Source: Epithemia pelagica (Eukaryota > Protista > Bacillariophyta). From it: 64,000 nucleotides of DNA. The stretch is from assembly GCA_946965045.2 (NCBI GenBank), contig OX337239.1, positions 3,224,001 through 3,288,000 on the forward strand. The letters run 5' to 3'. Position numbers and translations under genes: made by a program. Under the pieces are notes generated by a model. The model saw only the letters and a list, made by a program, of their open reading frames with translations. It was not told the DNA's origin and did no database searches. Positions 1 through 11,279 of this stretch are shown here, in pieces. The number at the start of each line of letters is the position of its first letter. Positions within the stretch are counted from its first letter, which is position 1.

Positions 1-1
1 T

Positions 2-397
2 TCCTTATCGTCCACCTGGACCACTCATTCTGATTTAGTGCTTTCCAATGCACGATGTTCTTGTACAGTGGTTGCCGTGGGATCTTGTCTGGTTGTTGCA
101 GGAGGATGGGGCAATTCAACCGTGGAAGTCTTGGATACGAACCGCAACCGCGTGTGGAATCTTCCACCATTCGGAAATCACCGTGCTGGATGCAATATGG
201 TGACTGTTGCCAATCAAGTTGCCGTTATAAGTGGCTTTGGCAATCCTTCCTGTGCAACATTTGGAATAATCGACAAGAATACGTGGTGTTTTCGTCGTCT
301 CTGTGAACAGCAGCCCAACGGATGGTGTCTTTTGGGGGGAGGAATGAATATCCAACATGCTGATATTTCGAGCAAGGCCCGAGACACGCCGTGGTGA
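2..397 (+). CDS. Kelch-repeat protein K0, 3' part (blades 5-6); 5' end outside window, tail shortened by a ~32-nt deletion
   Basis: Open frame from base 2: SSTWTTHSDLVLSNARCSCTVVAVGSCLVVAGGWGN...VWNLPPFGNHRAGC...WCFRRLCEQQ, homologous to K1-K10. Relative to K1 (7669-7700) about 32 nt are missing near 368, removing the KRAR motif. Confidence 0.85.
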   Translation, partial: SLSSTWTTHSDLVLSNARCSCTVVAVGSCLVVAGGWGNSTVEVLDTNRNRVWNLPPFGNHRAGCNMVTVANQVAVISGFGNPSCATFGIIDKNTWCFRRLCEQQPNGWCLLGGGMNIQHADISSKARDTPW

Positions 398-1000
398 TGA
401 AGGGAAGGATGGAACTTGAAATTTGCAACGTATTGCATGTATGTCGTAACAATAGTGGAATTATAGCATTATCATATTACTCTCAAACAGTAGTTGTAGT
501 GTTTTCTTGATGATATTGCGACCTATAGAGATATCATGTACACCGTTGTACTAGTAGAAAACGAAAGTTACACCATCCGGCATGACACCGCAAACGGCAG
601 TGGAGCCAGGCTTTGGGTAAAGATGTCCATGGTACCATGCCTCTCTGCTGTTGAATGGGTCGAGTAATCATGCTGTGGAAGATAATGGTTGCGTGCCTGA
701 AACACTTGGGCGCAGTGACTCGTTTGGACGGTCGTCTTCGTTCCGACCATGCGTTGAATTGTGAGGTCCGGTCCTTCTATGGCCCATGCCTGCGTGAGAC
801 AGTACCACGTCGCTCGATGCTTGTGGTTTCGCGTGACAGGAAATTTGCAAATCCTTTGGAATTTTTGTTACCGAAGTGTTCGATATTTCCTACACTACAG
901 CAACTCGTCTTTATGAAGTCTTTATCATGAGGTTGGCAATTTGCTTGCGTCAATACAGCAATTAGTCTCTCCGTATTAGTAGCTCGTTGACAGTCCATGG
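398..1000. repeat. Kelch 3' flank type I (also ~7754-8300, ~19178-19740, ~49527-50040)
   Basis: Block beginning GAAATTTGCAACGTATTGCATGTATGTC and containing CCATGGTACCATGCCTCTCTGCTGTTGAAT follows K0, K1, K4 and K9. Confidence 0.85.
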
Positions 1001-1799
1001 GTATCGGTCCATGGGGATCAACAAGAACAATCGTAGTGTGCAAAGTTATGTCTTGCCCCTCGATGCCAGTTCCGTCGAAACCTTGTTGCACGATTACAAC
1101 ACTGTCGAACAGCAGCGTTGGACATTGACCAGTACAAGCTTTGTGCCTCGTAAAACACCACAAAACCACGACCCGCGCCGATCATGTCTTGGCTGTAGTC
1201 TACTAGAACTTGTTGTTGTTCTTCTTCTTGTTCGCTGGATTCTGGTTGGTTTTGCTGCCTTGTCGTTCCACACCAACATCCAGTTTGAATCTTCGTATGT
1301 AGACTTGAAAGGGCGATGCGACCCTTTCCCAGAATTATTTCTTCACTCTTCACTACTCCAATCGGGCGCGTCGGGAGGGAACTGAATAGCGTTCCATACT
1401 TCAATCCATAGTACTGCGCTCCTCGTCACCGTGGTCCGACTTTTAGCATTCGTTGCAAACCATGGTTGGGGAGTGGAATGCTCCTCCACTCTTTTGTCTT
1501 GGTTGAGGATCATCCTGGATGCAAGTTGTATGCCATTCGCTGTCAAGCTAGGTACTTTTGTCGAGCCTCCACATTTGGATGTACCTCCAATGGGGCGACT
1601 TTGTGATCGATTCAGCAGGTCCTCATGGTATCATGTCGAGAAAGGGTCCACATAATTGGCGACCAGACTGCCATGCGGTGCGTGGTCTTGCTGTTGGGGT
1701 TGATACTGATCCACTAATAGTCGGTCAATACTGGAGGAGGATTTTCGTTCCACGAAAGACATGTGGATGAGGAAGCATACCATCGTCCTAGTGCTCTTC

Positions 1800-1834
<35 letters not shown>
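1800..1834. repeat. (TTG)n microsatellite; shorter paralog at ~20330-20352
   Basis: Directly visible run. Confidence 0.95.
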
Positions 1835-1835
<1 letters not shown>

Positions 1836-2144
1836 GTTGCACTTGACCTCCTGTTGCGAATCGAAAGCCAAGGTACGATTTCTAGCTTGTTGCGATGAAA
1901 GTTGTCGTTGAGTATGTTCATCTTGCTAGAGTCTTCTTTAGAGTCTTTCTCGACGGGAGATGTGAGAGCAAATCACAGCAGAAAACGCTGCCAGAAGGCG
2001 CGAAAACGACGGCGACAGACACATTGTGGATTGTGGTATCTTTTCTTGTCGTTCGTTTCAATATGAATATTCCCCCAAACTGATGTGGAGTCCCTTTCCC
2101 CAAAGTCTGGAGTCCCTTCCAAAGACTTTATAGGGGGAAGTCGC

Positions 2145-2213
2145 AGAAGAGGAGGGGAAAGAAAGGAAGAGAAAAAAGAAGAAGAAGAAGGAAAAAAGAA
2201 AAAAGAGGAAGAA
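2145..2213 (+). repeat. 69-nt pure polypurine tract near the left end of the MULE-like element
   Basis: Only A/G from 2145 to 2213. Confidence 0.9.
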
Positions 2214-2743
2214 TTAGTGGTAAGATTCCCTTTGCTACGAACGTGCGATTGCCACCATCATATTATGATCTCATTGGTTGATCCATTTGTCACTGCTTCT
2301 GGTCTGTGTGGGATGTGTGGTGACTACGTGTTGCTCCAATGTCCCGGTGGAGGGGGATTTGGCAGTTCCCTACGGTCGTTCTACGTATCTGGCTACGGTA
2401 AGTGCTGACACCGTGTGTCTTTTACCTATACAAAACATCGTCAGCCTCACATATGCCTTTGATCTCTGATTGTATTGCCTGTGCGAAGATATTGGCATAC
2501 ATTGTTTCCAGTATATCGCGCAATCATAGCTACGGCATGGACGAGAAGTTTTGCACAGTTTTTGTTAGTTCATTATTTTCTGATCGATGGTTTTCTCACT
2601 ACTGTTGTTGTTGTCGTCGTTGTTGTTGTTATATCTCTTGAATCTTTGTCTTAAAGTGTCTGGCCTCCATGGTAAGTCGCGACTGTTGGCTGTTGATGCT
2701 GTGTTGATTTTTGCTGCTCTCTAACCGATGTTGTTGTTGTGTT

Positions 2744-5700
2744 TTAAGGGTACGATGCATTACTGGGATGGTTGGAACAAGATTTGTCATGGGGTGGGAT
2801 GCCCCGACGATTGGGCCTCTGCCAATACTGAATATTGCGGATGCAACAATTTTGAGTCGGTTGTGGATGTGTTGGTTGTTGATGGATCGGTTGGCAACCA
2901 AGGTACGACGAGTAATACGCCGCTTGCTGCAGCAGCTGTTGCTGAAAGTGATGAACACTAGCAAGCGGCGTATTTGGCGGAAGCAATGGTGGAAGTGATG
3001 GCATTTGTGGTTGTGGCATGGTGATTGGTCTGGGGGCCGGTTGTATTGCTGTTCTTGGTTGCGATTTGGGAGCAGGTTGCTGTTGTGTTTGTGGTGGTGC
3101 TCGTTGTGGTCGTGTTGGAGAAGACAGATGCACTGTTGGAGCTGGTGGTGGCGGCAGCTCTTCCTCCTCATCACTCAACATTGGATCATCGTCATCTTCT
3201 TGGTTTGCTTCGTCTTGATGCTCTTCTGTTTCCTCAACTTGTTGCTCTTTTTCATTTTCTCGTGATTGTTCTGTATCTTGTTGTTCCAGTGTCTCACTTG
3301 TTTGCATTGTTTCTTCATCTTGCATATTGCGCTGAGCCTCACATTTCTCACAGGGACAGAAGTCATGCTGTTGGACCGAGATGTTCCAGACCTTGTTGAG
3401 TTGCTCATAAACTTGTAAGTACTCAGAAAAAAAGCGTTCACCATTGTCTTGCGGTAAGTGCTCGACGTCATCGAACAACTTGGATGCGCCGCATCGAACG
3501 GCCAACTTGTTGATAAAGGCAAGTTGCTGGTGGTTCCAATGACTCACCACTGTTTCCCACGCCGCAGGCATTTTCTTGTTGCGTTGTTCGGTTGTCTTCG
3601 ACACAAAGCGCAGCTTGTGTCGAATCTGACGGTTGTACCGCGCCGTTCCGCACAAGTTCAAGTCGTCCGAGAGTTTTTCATTTGTGCCCCCATTACTGAA
3701 ATGGGCCAAGTTGTTGTGCCATGACTCCAATTTGGATTCCCCTCGGTAAGAGACCCATTCGGACAATTGATGGCTTGATTTTGGGTGTGGTTTGATCTCA
3801 CGATACATGTCTTCCATTGGAATCGGATCTGCGAGAAACTCTGCCTTTTTTTTACAGTTTTCGATTGCTGAGTGAGTATCTTGAGTGAACAATGGTTGTT
3901 GTGTCTTGTGATCGAGCCTTCCTCGTGCCGGTGGCCCACTGTCACTACTACTTCTCACTTTATATTTTATCTTCCACTCCTCCAGGCGCATCACGATTGT
4001 TTGGAACGCGCGGATGCTTTTCCGTAAGTACTTGCCGTATCTTTCGCGAAAAACCTTGGTCTGTCTCATTTCTGCTATTTGCTTGTCATTACATTTCTTG
4101 CCTCCAAGGGTGCCATTCTTCAGGGCCGTGATGACTTTATGGAAGTCACCATCGTGATACTTGTAGATGCAATCCAACAATTCGCGCAACGCGTCACCAA
4201 AGTCCATGTGTTTATGGCGCAGGGTCTTTATAATTCGCTGGAGGAAATGAAAGAGTCCCAGTCTTGGGACTACATCTTCACCCAACAATCCAACCCAATA
4301 ATCGCTCTTGTGGGGGAATGTGTCGGAATAGATGACGCTCGGGTTAAAATTTCCACGGCTGCAGAGTTGTTGGGCAGCATGGGAGAAGGTCTTGGTTTCC
4401 AAGTTTGGAACCAAGATTGCACATGCAATCTCGCCTACTTCATTGGCAGCATCCCATACAGCTTCTGCCTTGAGCCTCTTGGGATAGTTCTTGACTGCTT
4501 GGAAGGTGTGGTCTTGGGCAAAACTTGTTTGGCAGCCCACTGCTTGGATTTCCCTGGTGTGCCTCTCATAGTCACTTGTTCTCCAGGGATTGAGTCTGGA
4601 TCTTGATGCCTCGTGGTAGGCCTGTCTGATTGTCTCACCAAGAGGAGGATACCTGGTGAGCCACTCTCCATCTTTCGCTGGGTACTCTTGCCCTTGCTGA
4701 TGTGTTGCATCGCAGAAGGAGTAATAGTTAGTTATTCTATTCCTATAATCCCTGTTGATTGCAGCATACAATAGTCCACTACAGTGGTCACCATTGCCAT
4801 AGGTAAGCATCTCCTCCTCCAACACTGTTGTTGTTGTAATGTCGAAGTGCTGGGCACCTCGAGCCCACTTTGCTTCGACCGGATACCATTTCGCAAAATG
4901 TGGAGGCAGCGAATTGAGAAGTGCTCCGTCGTTGCCAGCATGCGTGGTATTGCACTCCTTGCAATGGTAGTGCGTGACAAGGGCGTAAGACGGTGCGCCA
5001 TCAAGACCAAAAATGGGGAATAGACTTTTGCTCTTGGAAAGGTTGGTCCGCTCGCGTTGTAGTGTACAGTTGCTACACTTTGGACACTTAAGCCCAATTT
5101 TCTGAAACTCCACCGGCATAAACAGCTCCCAGTCAACAATGTACAAACGTCGCCCTACAATTGAGTCCCACAGGGCATTATTGTTGTTTCGCATGTCGGG
5201 TACAGTCAAACACATGTCTCGCATGAACGGCTTAAGTGACCGCACGTCGCGCTTCCGTTCCAAACAAGTTTCGGCGATAGTCTTGGCAAGCGCGTACATT
5301 GTTTTCGGACACGTGATCGACTCGTCTTGTTCTATCTCCTTGTATTTAGCCAGTACCGATTGCATAAATACATACTCATCGGACCCAACGGCGGACGTCA
5401 CCTGATTATTGATCAGGCAGTCCGTGCGCGCAATACAGTTGCGCTTCCCCTTCCGAACCCTGGAAAGTTTCAAATCGTCCTCTGTCACGGTCGTTGCTTC
5501 ATTTGAAGCTTCCGAGACAGGTTTATTGTTGAGACGAAAGAAGAGGTTGAAATCTTCTTGCCTCATGATGATTGGATGGTAAGTCACTTCCTTGTTGGCC
5601 TCTTTCTTCAGTCGTTCCTCCTCCTTCATGGCCTCTACCAAGTGGTCTGGTATGCCCCTGGTCTTTGTGTTCTTCGGGCAGAAGACGTGATGGGGGCGCT

Positions 5701-6187
5701 TGGGAGGCTTGGTCCCAAGCCTTTTGGAACTGCAGATGGTGCAGTCCCTGTCTGGCTCAAAGGCCTTTTTCTTCTCAAGCGTGAGCTGCCTCAACTGCTT
5801 TGCCTCTTGTTGCTTCCTCTTCTTGTTGCTTCTCTGTTGTGCTAACGACTTTGCCCTTTTTGTTTGGTTGTTTCGTCGTTGACTCTGCCCACCCATCTCT
5901 TGCTCCTTGCTGAGCTTTTTGTATGGGTTCACCACCAAGGGTGCTGGTGGTGGTGGAGGAGAGTCATTCTCCTCAGGGACAGTCATCGTGGTTGGGTCCA
6001 TTGTCGCTCCAGAAACATCGACACCATTGTCCATGTCCTGGGGCACGGCAACCGCGACCGGCCTCATTGGCACGGAATCGTGTTGGAGACGAAATCCCTG
6101 TCGTTTCGGCTGTTTTCGTGGGGAAGTCGGCAAGATTCCGTGGCTTTTTGCGCGTGGCGCGCGATGTCTACTGGTAAGAGAAGACAT
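2744..6187 (-). CDS. MULE-like DDE transposase, 1147 aa, uninterrupted
   Basis: QDHTF (D1), YSDTFP followed ~18 aa later by LGLFH (D2 plus xxH signature), RGESKLESWH (E); Cys/His clusters CTICSS...HHVFC, CPKC...CKEC and CCIR...HDKSC. Family assignment from motif spacing only. Confidence 0.75.
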   Translation of the reverse strand: MSSLTSRHRAPRAKSHGILPTSPRKQPKRQGFRLQHDSVPMRPVAVAVPQDMDNGVDVSGATMDPTTMTVPEENDSPPPPPAPLVVNPYKKLSKEQEMGGQSQRRNNQTKRAKSLAQQRSNKKRKQQEAKQLRQLTLEKKKAFEPDRDCTICSSKRLGTKPPKRPHHVFCPKNTKTRGIPDHLVEAMKEEERLKKEANKEVTYHPIIMRQEDFNLFFRLNNKPVSEASNEATTVTEDDLKLSRVRKGKRNCIARTDCLINNQVTSAVGSDEYVFMQSVLAKYKEIEQDESITCPKTMYALAKTIAETCLERKRDVRSLKPFMRDMCLTVPDMRNNNNALWDSIVGRRLYIVDWELFMPVEFQKIGLKCPKCSNCTLQRERTNLSKSKSLFPIFGLDGAPSYALVTHYHCKECNTTHAGNDGALLNSLPPHFAKWYPVEAKWARGAQHFDITTTTVLEEEMLTYGNGDHCSGLLYAAINRDYRNRITNYYSFCDATHQQGQEYPAKDGEWLTRYPPLGETIRQAYHEASRSRLNPWRTSDYERHTREIQAVGCQTSFAQDHTFQAVKNYPKRLKAEAVWDAANEVGEIACAILVPNLETKTFSHAAQQLCSRGNFNPSVIYSDTFPHKSDYWVGLLGEDVVPRLGLFHFLQRIIKTLRHKHMDFGDALRELLDCIYKYHDGDFHKVITALKNGTLGGKKCNDKQIAEMRQTKVFRERYGKYLRKSIRAFQTIVMRLEEWKIKYKVRSSSDSGPPARGRLDHKTQQPLFTQDTHSAIENCKKKAEFLADPIPMEDMYREIKPHPKSSHQLSEWVSYRGESKLESWHNNLAHFSNGGTNEKLSDDLNLCGTARYNRQIRHKLRFVSKTTEQRNKKMPAAWETVVSHWNHQQLAFINKLAVRCGASKLFDDVEHLPQDNGERFFSEYLQVYEQLNKVWNISVQQHDFCPCEKCEAQRNMQDEETMQTSETLEQQDTEQSRENEKEQQVEETEEHQDEANQEDDDDPMLSDEEEELPPPPAPTVHLSSPTRPQRAPPQTQQQPAPKSQPRTAIQPAPRPITMPQPQMPSLPPLLPPNTPLASVHHFQQQLLQQAAYYSSYLGCQPIHQQPTHPQPTQNCCIRNIQYWQRPNRRGIPPHDKSCSNHPSNASYP

Positions 6188-6553
6188 GTCTTGTGTGAGT
6201 TTTCGTTAAGTATTTTGATGTCTTGTCTATGTCTTGTGAGTTTTCTAACCCAATCATATTTCTGCCTTCTATTTCGTGAGCCCCCTTTTTAATCTTGGTG
6301 TCGCGGAATCAGGACAGGAATGGCTCGCAGAGGCGCGCCGACCGACACGAGACAATCCGTCAGTCCGCTATTACGCTCCAGCGGGGGTGAGTTTTGTATT
6401 TGGGAAATAAAGTGAATGCTCACAACTGAACCCTGGATCTTGACCGCTGGGGATGAGTCCAACACATCATCAATCCATCAATCACATACAGAGCATCAAA
6501 ACTGATGCCTTCTTCCGATCCTCATAAATCCGCTGCAGTCATTGTTTGGAACC

Positions 6554-7753
6554 ATGCCCACGACGTTGAAAGAACAAGCAGGGCATTCGGGCCTTGCCTT
6601 GTTGAACGACGCAGCAGAATGGAATGAAAACGATTGGCCTCCTCTTGTGGGAGGAGCGCGAGACCGTCAAACTACGGTCGTACTTGATCATCCCGATAAG
6701 GAAAACGATAACTTTCACGACAGACAAACGGTCGTCGTGATGGGAGGTTACAGACAAGTCCCAGGTGCCACGGATTCCGTTCTTGTATTGAATCTATCGG
6801 ACCTAGACAAGCAGTGGCGAGAAGGACCATCCATGGACAAGACACGTGCTGGACATTCCGCTGTTGTTTGCAATGGCGGCGTGTACGTGATGGGAGGATG
6901 CAATCGAGTAACTTTGGATTGTATTGAACGAATCGATGCCAATGATTTGCTTCGATCATCCTTTACAACCACCTCCACACAGGATAGTTATTGGACAACA
7001 TTGACATGTCGATTATCAACGGGACGAGTGGGATGTTGTGCTGTTGCCGTGCACAACCGATACATCGTTGTAATGGGTGGACGCAGCAATCGTTATTGGT
7101 CGTCGGTGGATATTGTTGATACCAGCAATCACACTCTCATTGAGGGACCATCTATGACAGTTCCTCGATCATACTTTGACAGCGCAGTCGTTGGACACCG
7201 CATCTTTGTCGTTGGAGGCCGAAACAGTGACGAAATACTTGATTCGGTGGAGTATTTGGACTTTGCAGAGGAGAGAAAAGACGACTCTTTGACGACAGTC
7301 ATTTCCTTCTCGTCCGCTTGGACCACTCACTCTGAATTGGTGCTTCCCAACCCTCGAGCTTTTTGTGCAATGGTAGCCGTGGGATCTTGTCTGGTGGTGG
7401 CGGGAGGACGAGGCAATTGAAGTGTGCAAGTCTTGGATACGCTTCGCAACCGCGTGTGGAATCTCCCACCATTCGGATATGACTGTGTTGGCTGCAATAT
7501 GGTGACTGTTGCCAATCAAGTTGCCGTGATTAGCGGATATCGCAATCTTACCTGTGCAACAATGCCACTTATGGACAAGAATTCGTGGTGTTTTCGTCGA
7601 CTCTGTGAGCAGCAGCCCAACAAATGGTGTCTTTTTCGGGAAGGAAGGAATATCCAACATGCTAATATTTCACCCTTCTCCACCTCGACATAAGCTCATA
7701 AACGAGCAAGGCCCGATACACTCCGTGGTGATGAAGGGAAGGATGGAACTTGA
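6554..7753 (+). pseudogene. Kelch K1, disrupted by two nonsense codons
   Basis: ATG 6554 (MPTTLKEQ). In-frame TGA at 7418-7420 (TTA in K4) and TAA at 7691-7693 (TCA in K4); ancestral stop at 7751-7753. Six GG-containing blades. Confidence 0.88.
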
Positions 7754-9289
7754 AATTTGCAACGTATTGCATGTATGTCCTACCATTAGCGGAACTGTAG
7801 CATTATCATTTTACTCTCAAACAGTAGTTGGATTGTTTTCTTCGTGACATTGCGACCTATAGAGATATCATGTACACCGTTGTACTAGTAGAAAACGAAA
7901 GTTACACTATCAGGCCTTGGATATAGATGCCCATGGTACCATGCCTCTCTGCTGTTGAATAGGTCGAGTTATCTTGCTGTGGAAGATTATGGTTGCGTGC
8001 TGCTTGAAACACTAAACGCAGCAACTCGTTTGGACGGTCGTCTTCGTTCCGACCATGCATTGAATTGTGGGGTCCGGTCCTTCTATGGCCCATGACTGTG
8101 TGAGAGGACAATACCCCGTGTCTCGACGCTTGTGGTTTTGGGTGACGGGACATTTGCGAATCCTTTGGAATTTGTGACACCGACGTGTGTTCGATATTTT
8201 CTCCAATACAGCAGCTATACTTTATCATCAGGTCAGCAATTTTCTTGCGTCGATCCAGCAATCAGTCTCTCCACAGTGGTGTGGCTCGTTGACAGGCTAC
8301 GGTCATCGGTCCATGGGGATCCACAAGAACAACTGCAGAGCGCAAAGTACCCACTTTCCCATGGCTCTCACGGAGGAAGGCGAAAACGACCATGGCAGTG
8401 CTGCGACATGCCCAACCACCACCTCGTGTCCAAGTATGGCTCGCTTGATTGCGTCCATACTTTGAACCAAACGGCTTTTCCATTGCAACGTTTGGATTTC
8501 TAAATGACTGGTCGTCCGATGCTCTTGTTGATGTAGTAGAGTGCGTCCAGGGACTTGAGACTTGCCTTGGTGCGAATGCAATCGGGTGGCTTGATCATGT
8601 GTGATGCTTGTTGGAGATCTTGTGCTTCTTGCTTTTCAATACAGAAGTTGTCCTTGTTTGTTGTGAACCTTTTTTCTGGAGAATACCATGGGATCGAATA
8701 CCTCACCATATCGCATGCGCTCTGTCTTCTGATCAATTTTGGCACCCCATCTCGTCGTTGATGTCAAAGTGTCGCGTCGTCTCTTGTTGTCGATTTTGTG
8801 GATGCAAAAAGATACCTTTTCACTTCTCAGCGGTGGAGTCGTGAAAGGCTTTAGAATCTTGTGTAAGGAGAGTGTGGTGTGTGAAACGCGAGGAATGATC
8901 TGAAAAGGTATCTTTTGATGCCCCGAATGCCTGCCACGTGGCGTGTGGAGACAGAACTGAATCTTTTGCGAAGAAAAGAAACAGAGAAGAAGAAGAGAAG
9001 GTCTATGTTGGACGAAATAACTGAGACAACAAGACGGGACGAATCACAGCACGATGGACGACGACCTATACCGCCGATACGTGTGTTGATTGTTGATGCT
9101 CCTCCTCGGCAAAGATCCCAACACCACCACCAACTCTCAAGTACAAGCTGTCCTTTCCACAGCAAAATGGCAGTCGTTCGAAGCCACGAAATGCAGCAAA
9201 AGAAGGATCATCCCAAGTGGCGGTGTGGCACCAATGGCTCGTCATGGAGCCTATATATTGTCGAAACCAAAAGCACGGTGACAAGGACA

Positions 9290-11000
9290 AGGACATGGAA
9301 CAGACTCCAGCATATAATAAAATGTCATTGCAACAGCAAGTGCCACCAATGGCTCGTCAGGGACGCTACTGACTGTTTTGTCATGAAATGTATCCATTTC
9401 AGGAATCACATGGTATAGGTTCCTTGGGGAACCCCCAACAACACACTCCCAGTGGCGCAACAATACTCATGTCTCGATCGCACTGTCGTCGTCATTCTCA
9501 CCAACAAGGTCATTGACGGACCCATCGCGCTGCTGCGTACCACTTGGTAATTGTTATGAAGCAACAAGAAGACTGGAGCCTTTATTGTGTGGCATTGTTG
9601 TGAGGAATGCGGCCAATGTCAAAGAGATCATGACGACAATGTACTCTGCCGCCGATTGCCAATGGTAGCCGGGGCAACAAACACGAGGCATTTACTTCTC
9701 TTTGTCGCAAGGATTGGCTGGACGGAAAAAGACCAACGATTGGAAGACACGTACTCGCCATGGGCGTGGAATGGAACAAGGAAGCCATCAAGCTAGACCA
9801 ACGAGTGTTCGCTGGGGCTCGATGATTCACCAAACAACACGACGGTCGACCGCCACATGGTCGATGCTTTCATCCTCCTGGCGACAACAACGACAGCCAC
9901 AACAATCACCGCTCTCTTGTTTGTGTTGGTCATCGCGCCGTTCCGTCGACGACACTGGCCATTGGAGCCGAATTTTTGGGCGGCAAAAAGGAACAGGAAG
10001 AATTTTACGATCTGCGGACGACACGGACAACAACAAGTCCAATGGCGCATCCTGGGATCGATTTGCCGACCGATTGACCTTTTCGGACGACACGGTGGTC
10101 AGTGTGGCCCGACAACTGCAACGTTGCATTTATCAAGTCTTGTATGAGGACGCCGAATTGGAACCTGTGACAGACAACAATGAGGTGGAGTTGCAGGCCT
10201 ATGCCACCACGTTGGTATGGGAAAACACGCTTTGAGTCGTTGTACCTCCAATCTAAGAAACCCAAAACAACCAACATGAATCCATTGGAAGCGTTGAGAC
10301 AGTGTTCCTTGGATGACTTTGAACGTATTGATGGGGCCCTTACGGAGGGTCGACCACTCCCCAACCACACGTATAAAAAGATCCACGGCCTGTGGGCAAT
10401 GTCGTTGCTTCTCGTCGACTCGGTATGCGTAAAGAACCAACAACCAGACAGACTGTGGACCCTTCATTGCATGTCTGTATATTCCAACAACAACAATAAA
10501 ACATCACCTTCATCACTGTTACAGGCATTCTCCGTCGACGCTTCAAGGCCTGCAGCAACTGGATTGTCCATTTTTGTCAAGTTTCTTCTTGTTCTTGGAA
10601 AAGAATACTAACAGGACTCTAGACTTGTCTTGACCAGAAATGTTCCACTTGGTCCGCAAAGCCACATGGTGGCCACCTCTTCTTGTTGGCACCCGCCAAC
10701 AAATTGCTGTTCTACTATACACTATACTAGAGGGGATTGGAAACAAACTTTGGTTGTAGGCAATGGGCATCCAGCCAGTGGTGTTCTGCAAATCGAGAGA
10801 ATGACGGAGGAGCACGTTCCCTCTTGTGCTGGTATTATGCTATTAGTTCCCAAGGGCGTTTGGCAGGGCTCGGACAAGAGAGACGTATTGCTGGGGTTCT
10901 TTGCGAGAGGCACCACGACACACTGTACTACTACGACGACGCATCCCAAAATTATACATGGCGACGAAAGTGACCTTTGCCAGTACCACGACAACGACAG
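9290..11000 (+). repeat. Decayed gene-like repeat upstream of K2; paralogs ~20880-21870 and ~32630-33480
   Basis: Shared blocks such as CACACTCCCAGTGGCGCAACA, CAACAACCAGACA and TTCCCAAGGGCGTTTGGCA; only short broken ORFs; product unknown. Confidence 0.6.
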
Positions 11001-11093
11001 GGCACCCGCCATGCTGGCCTCTGACCATTGACCAGCAGTACTAGCAGGATGGAACAACAAGAGCAGTGCCAACAACAACCGGTCGAAGCAACT

Positions 11094-11113
11094 GTCACGA
11101 TTTGTCTCGTGAC
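11094..11113. promoter_or_regulatory. Dyad GTCACGA-tttgtc-TCGTGAC ~170 bp upstream of K2; also before K5 (21984-22003) and K7 (34118-34137)
   Basis: 7-bp inverted repeat at a similar distance from three ATGs; function inferred only. Confidence 0.35.
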
Positions 11114-11279
11114 GAAAACTCCTACCCCACTCTTTGGTCCATCGATTTCATGCAGTCAGTCGTGCTTCCAGTCCGCACCCATCAGCATCGGCACCACAAC
11201 AACAGAGCAAACCTACACGTGCCTCTTACAAGACAGTGTCTCGATCCTCATAAGTTCTGCAGTTGAAACCTTTGCAACC

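Larger units (their letters stand above)
2133..6285 (-). mobile_element. Mutator-like (MULE-type DDE) DNA transposon, boundaries approximate
   Basis: Flanks GTCCCTTCCAAA (2112-2123) and AATCTTGG (6291-6298) are contiguous in the paralogous empty site at 20651-20668. The element runs GGGGG (2133-2137) to CCCCC (6281-6285) and carries one long transposase ORF. Confidence 0.75.

Noticed and set aside
2629-6292. Many 60-180 aa ORFs overlapping the transposase, Kelch, copia and LINE genes
   Set aside because: Antisense or alternate-frame shadows of long coding regions, without recognisable motifs.
11028-11279. N-terminal extensions of Kelch ORFs in the ORF track (also 15127, 17924, 21999, 26305, 34009, 48240, 60363)
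   Set aside because: Extensions differ in length and frame between paralogs; homology starts at the MTT(T)LKEQ methionine.
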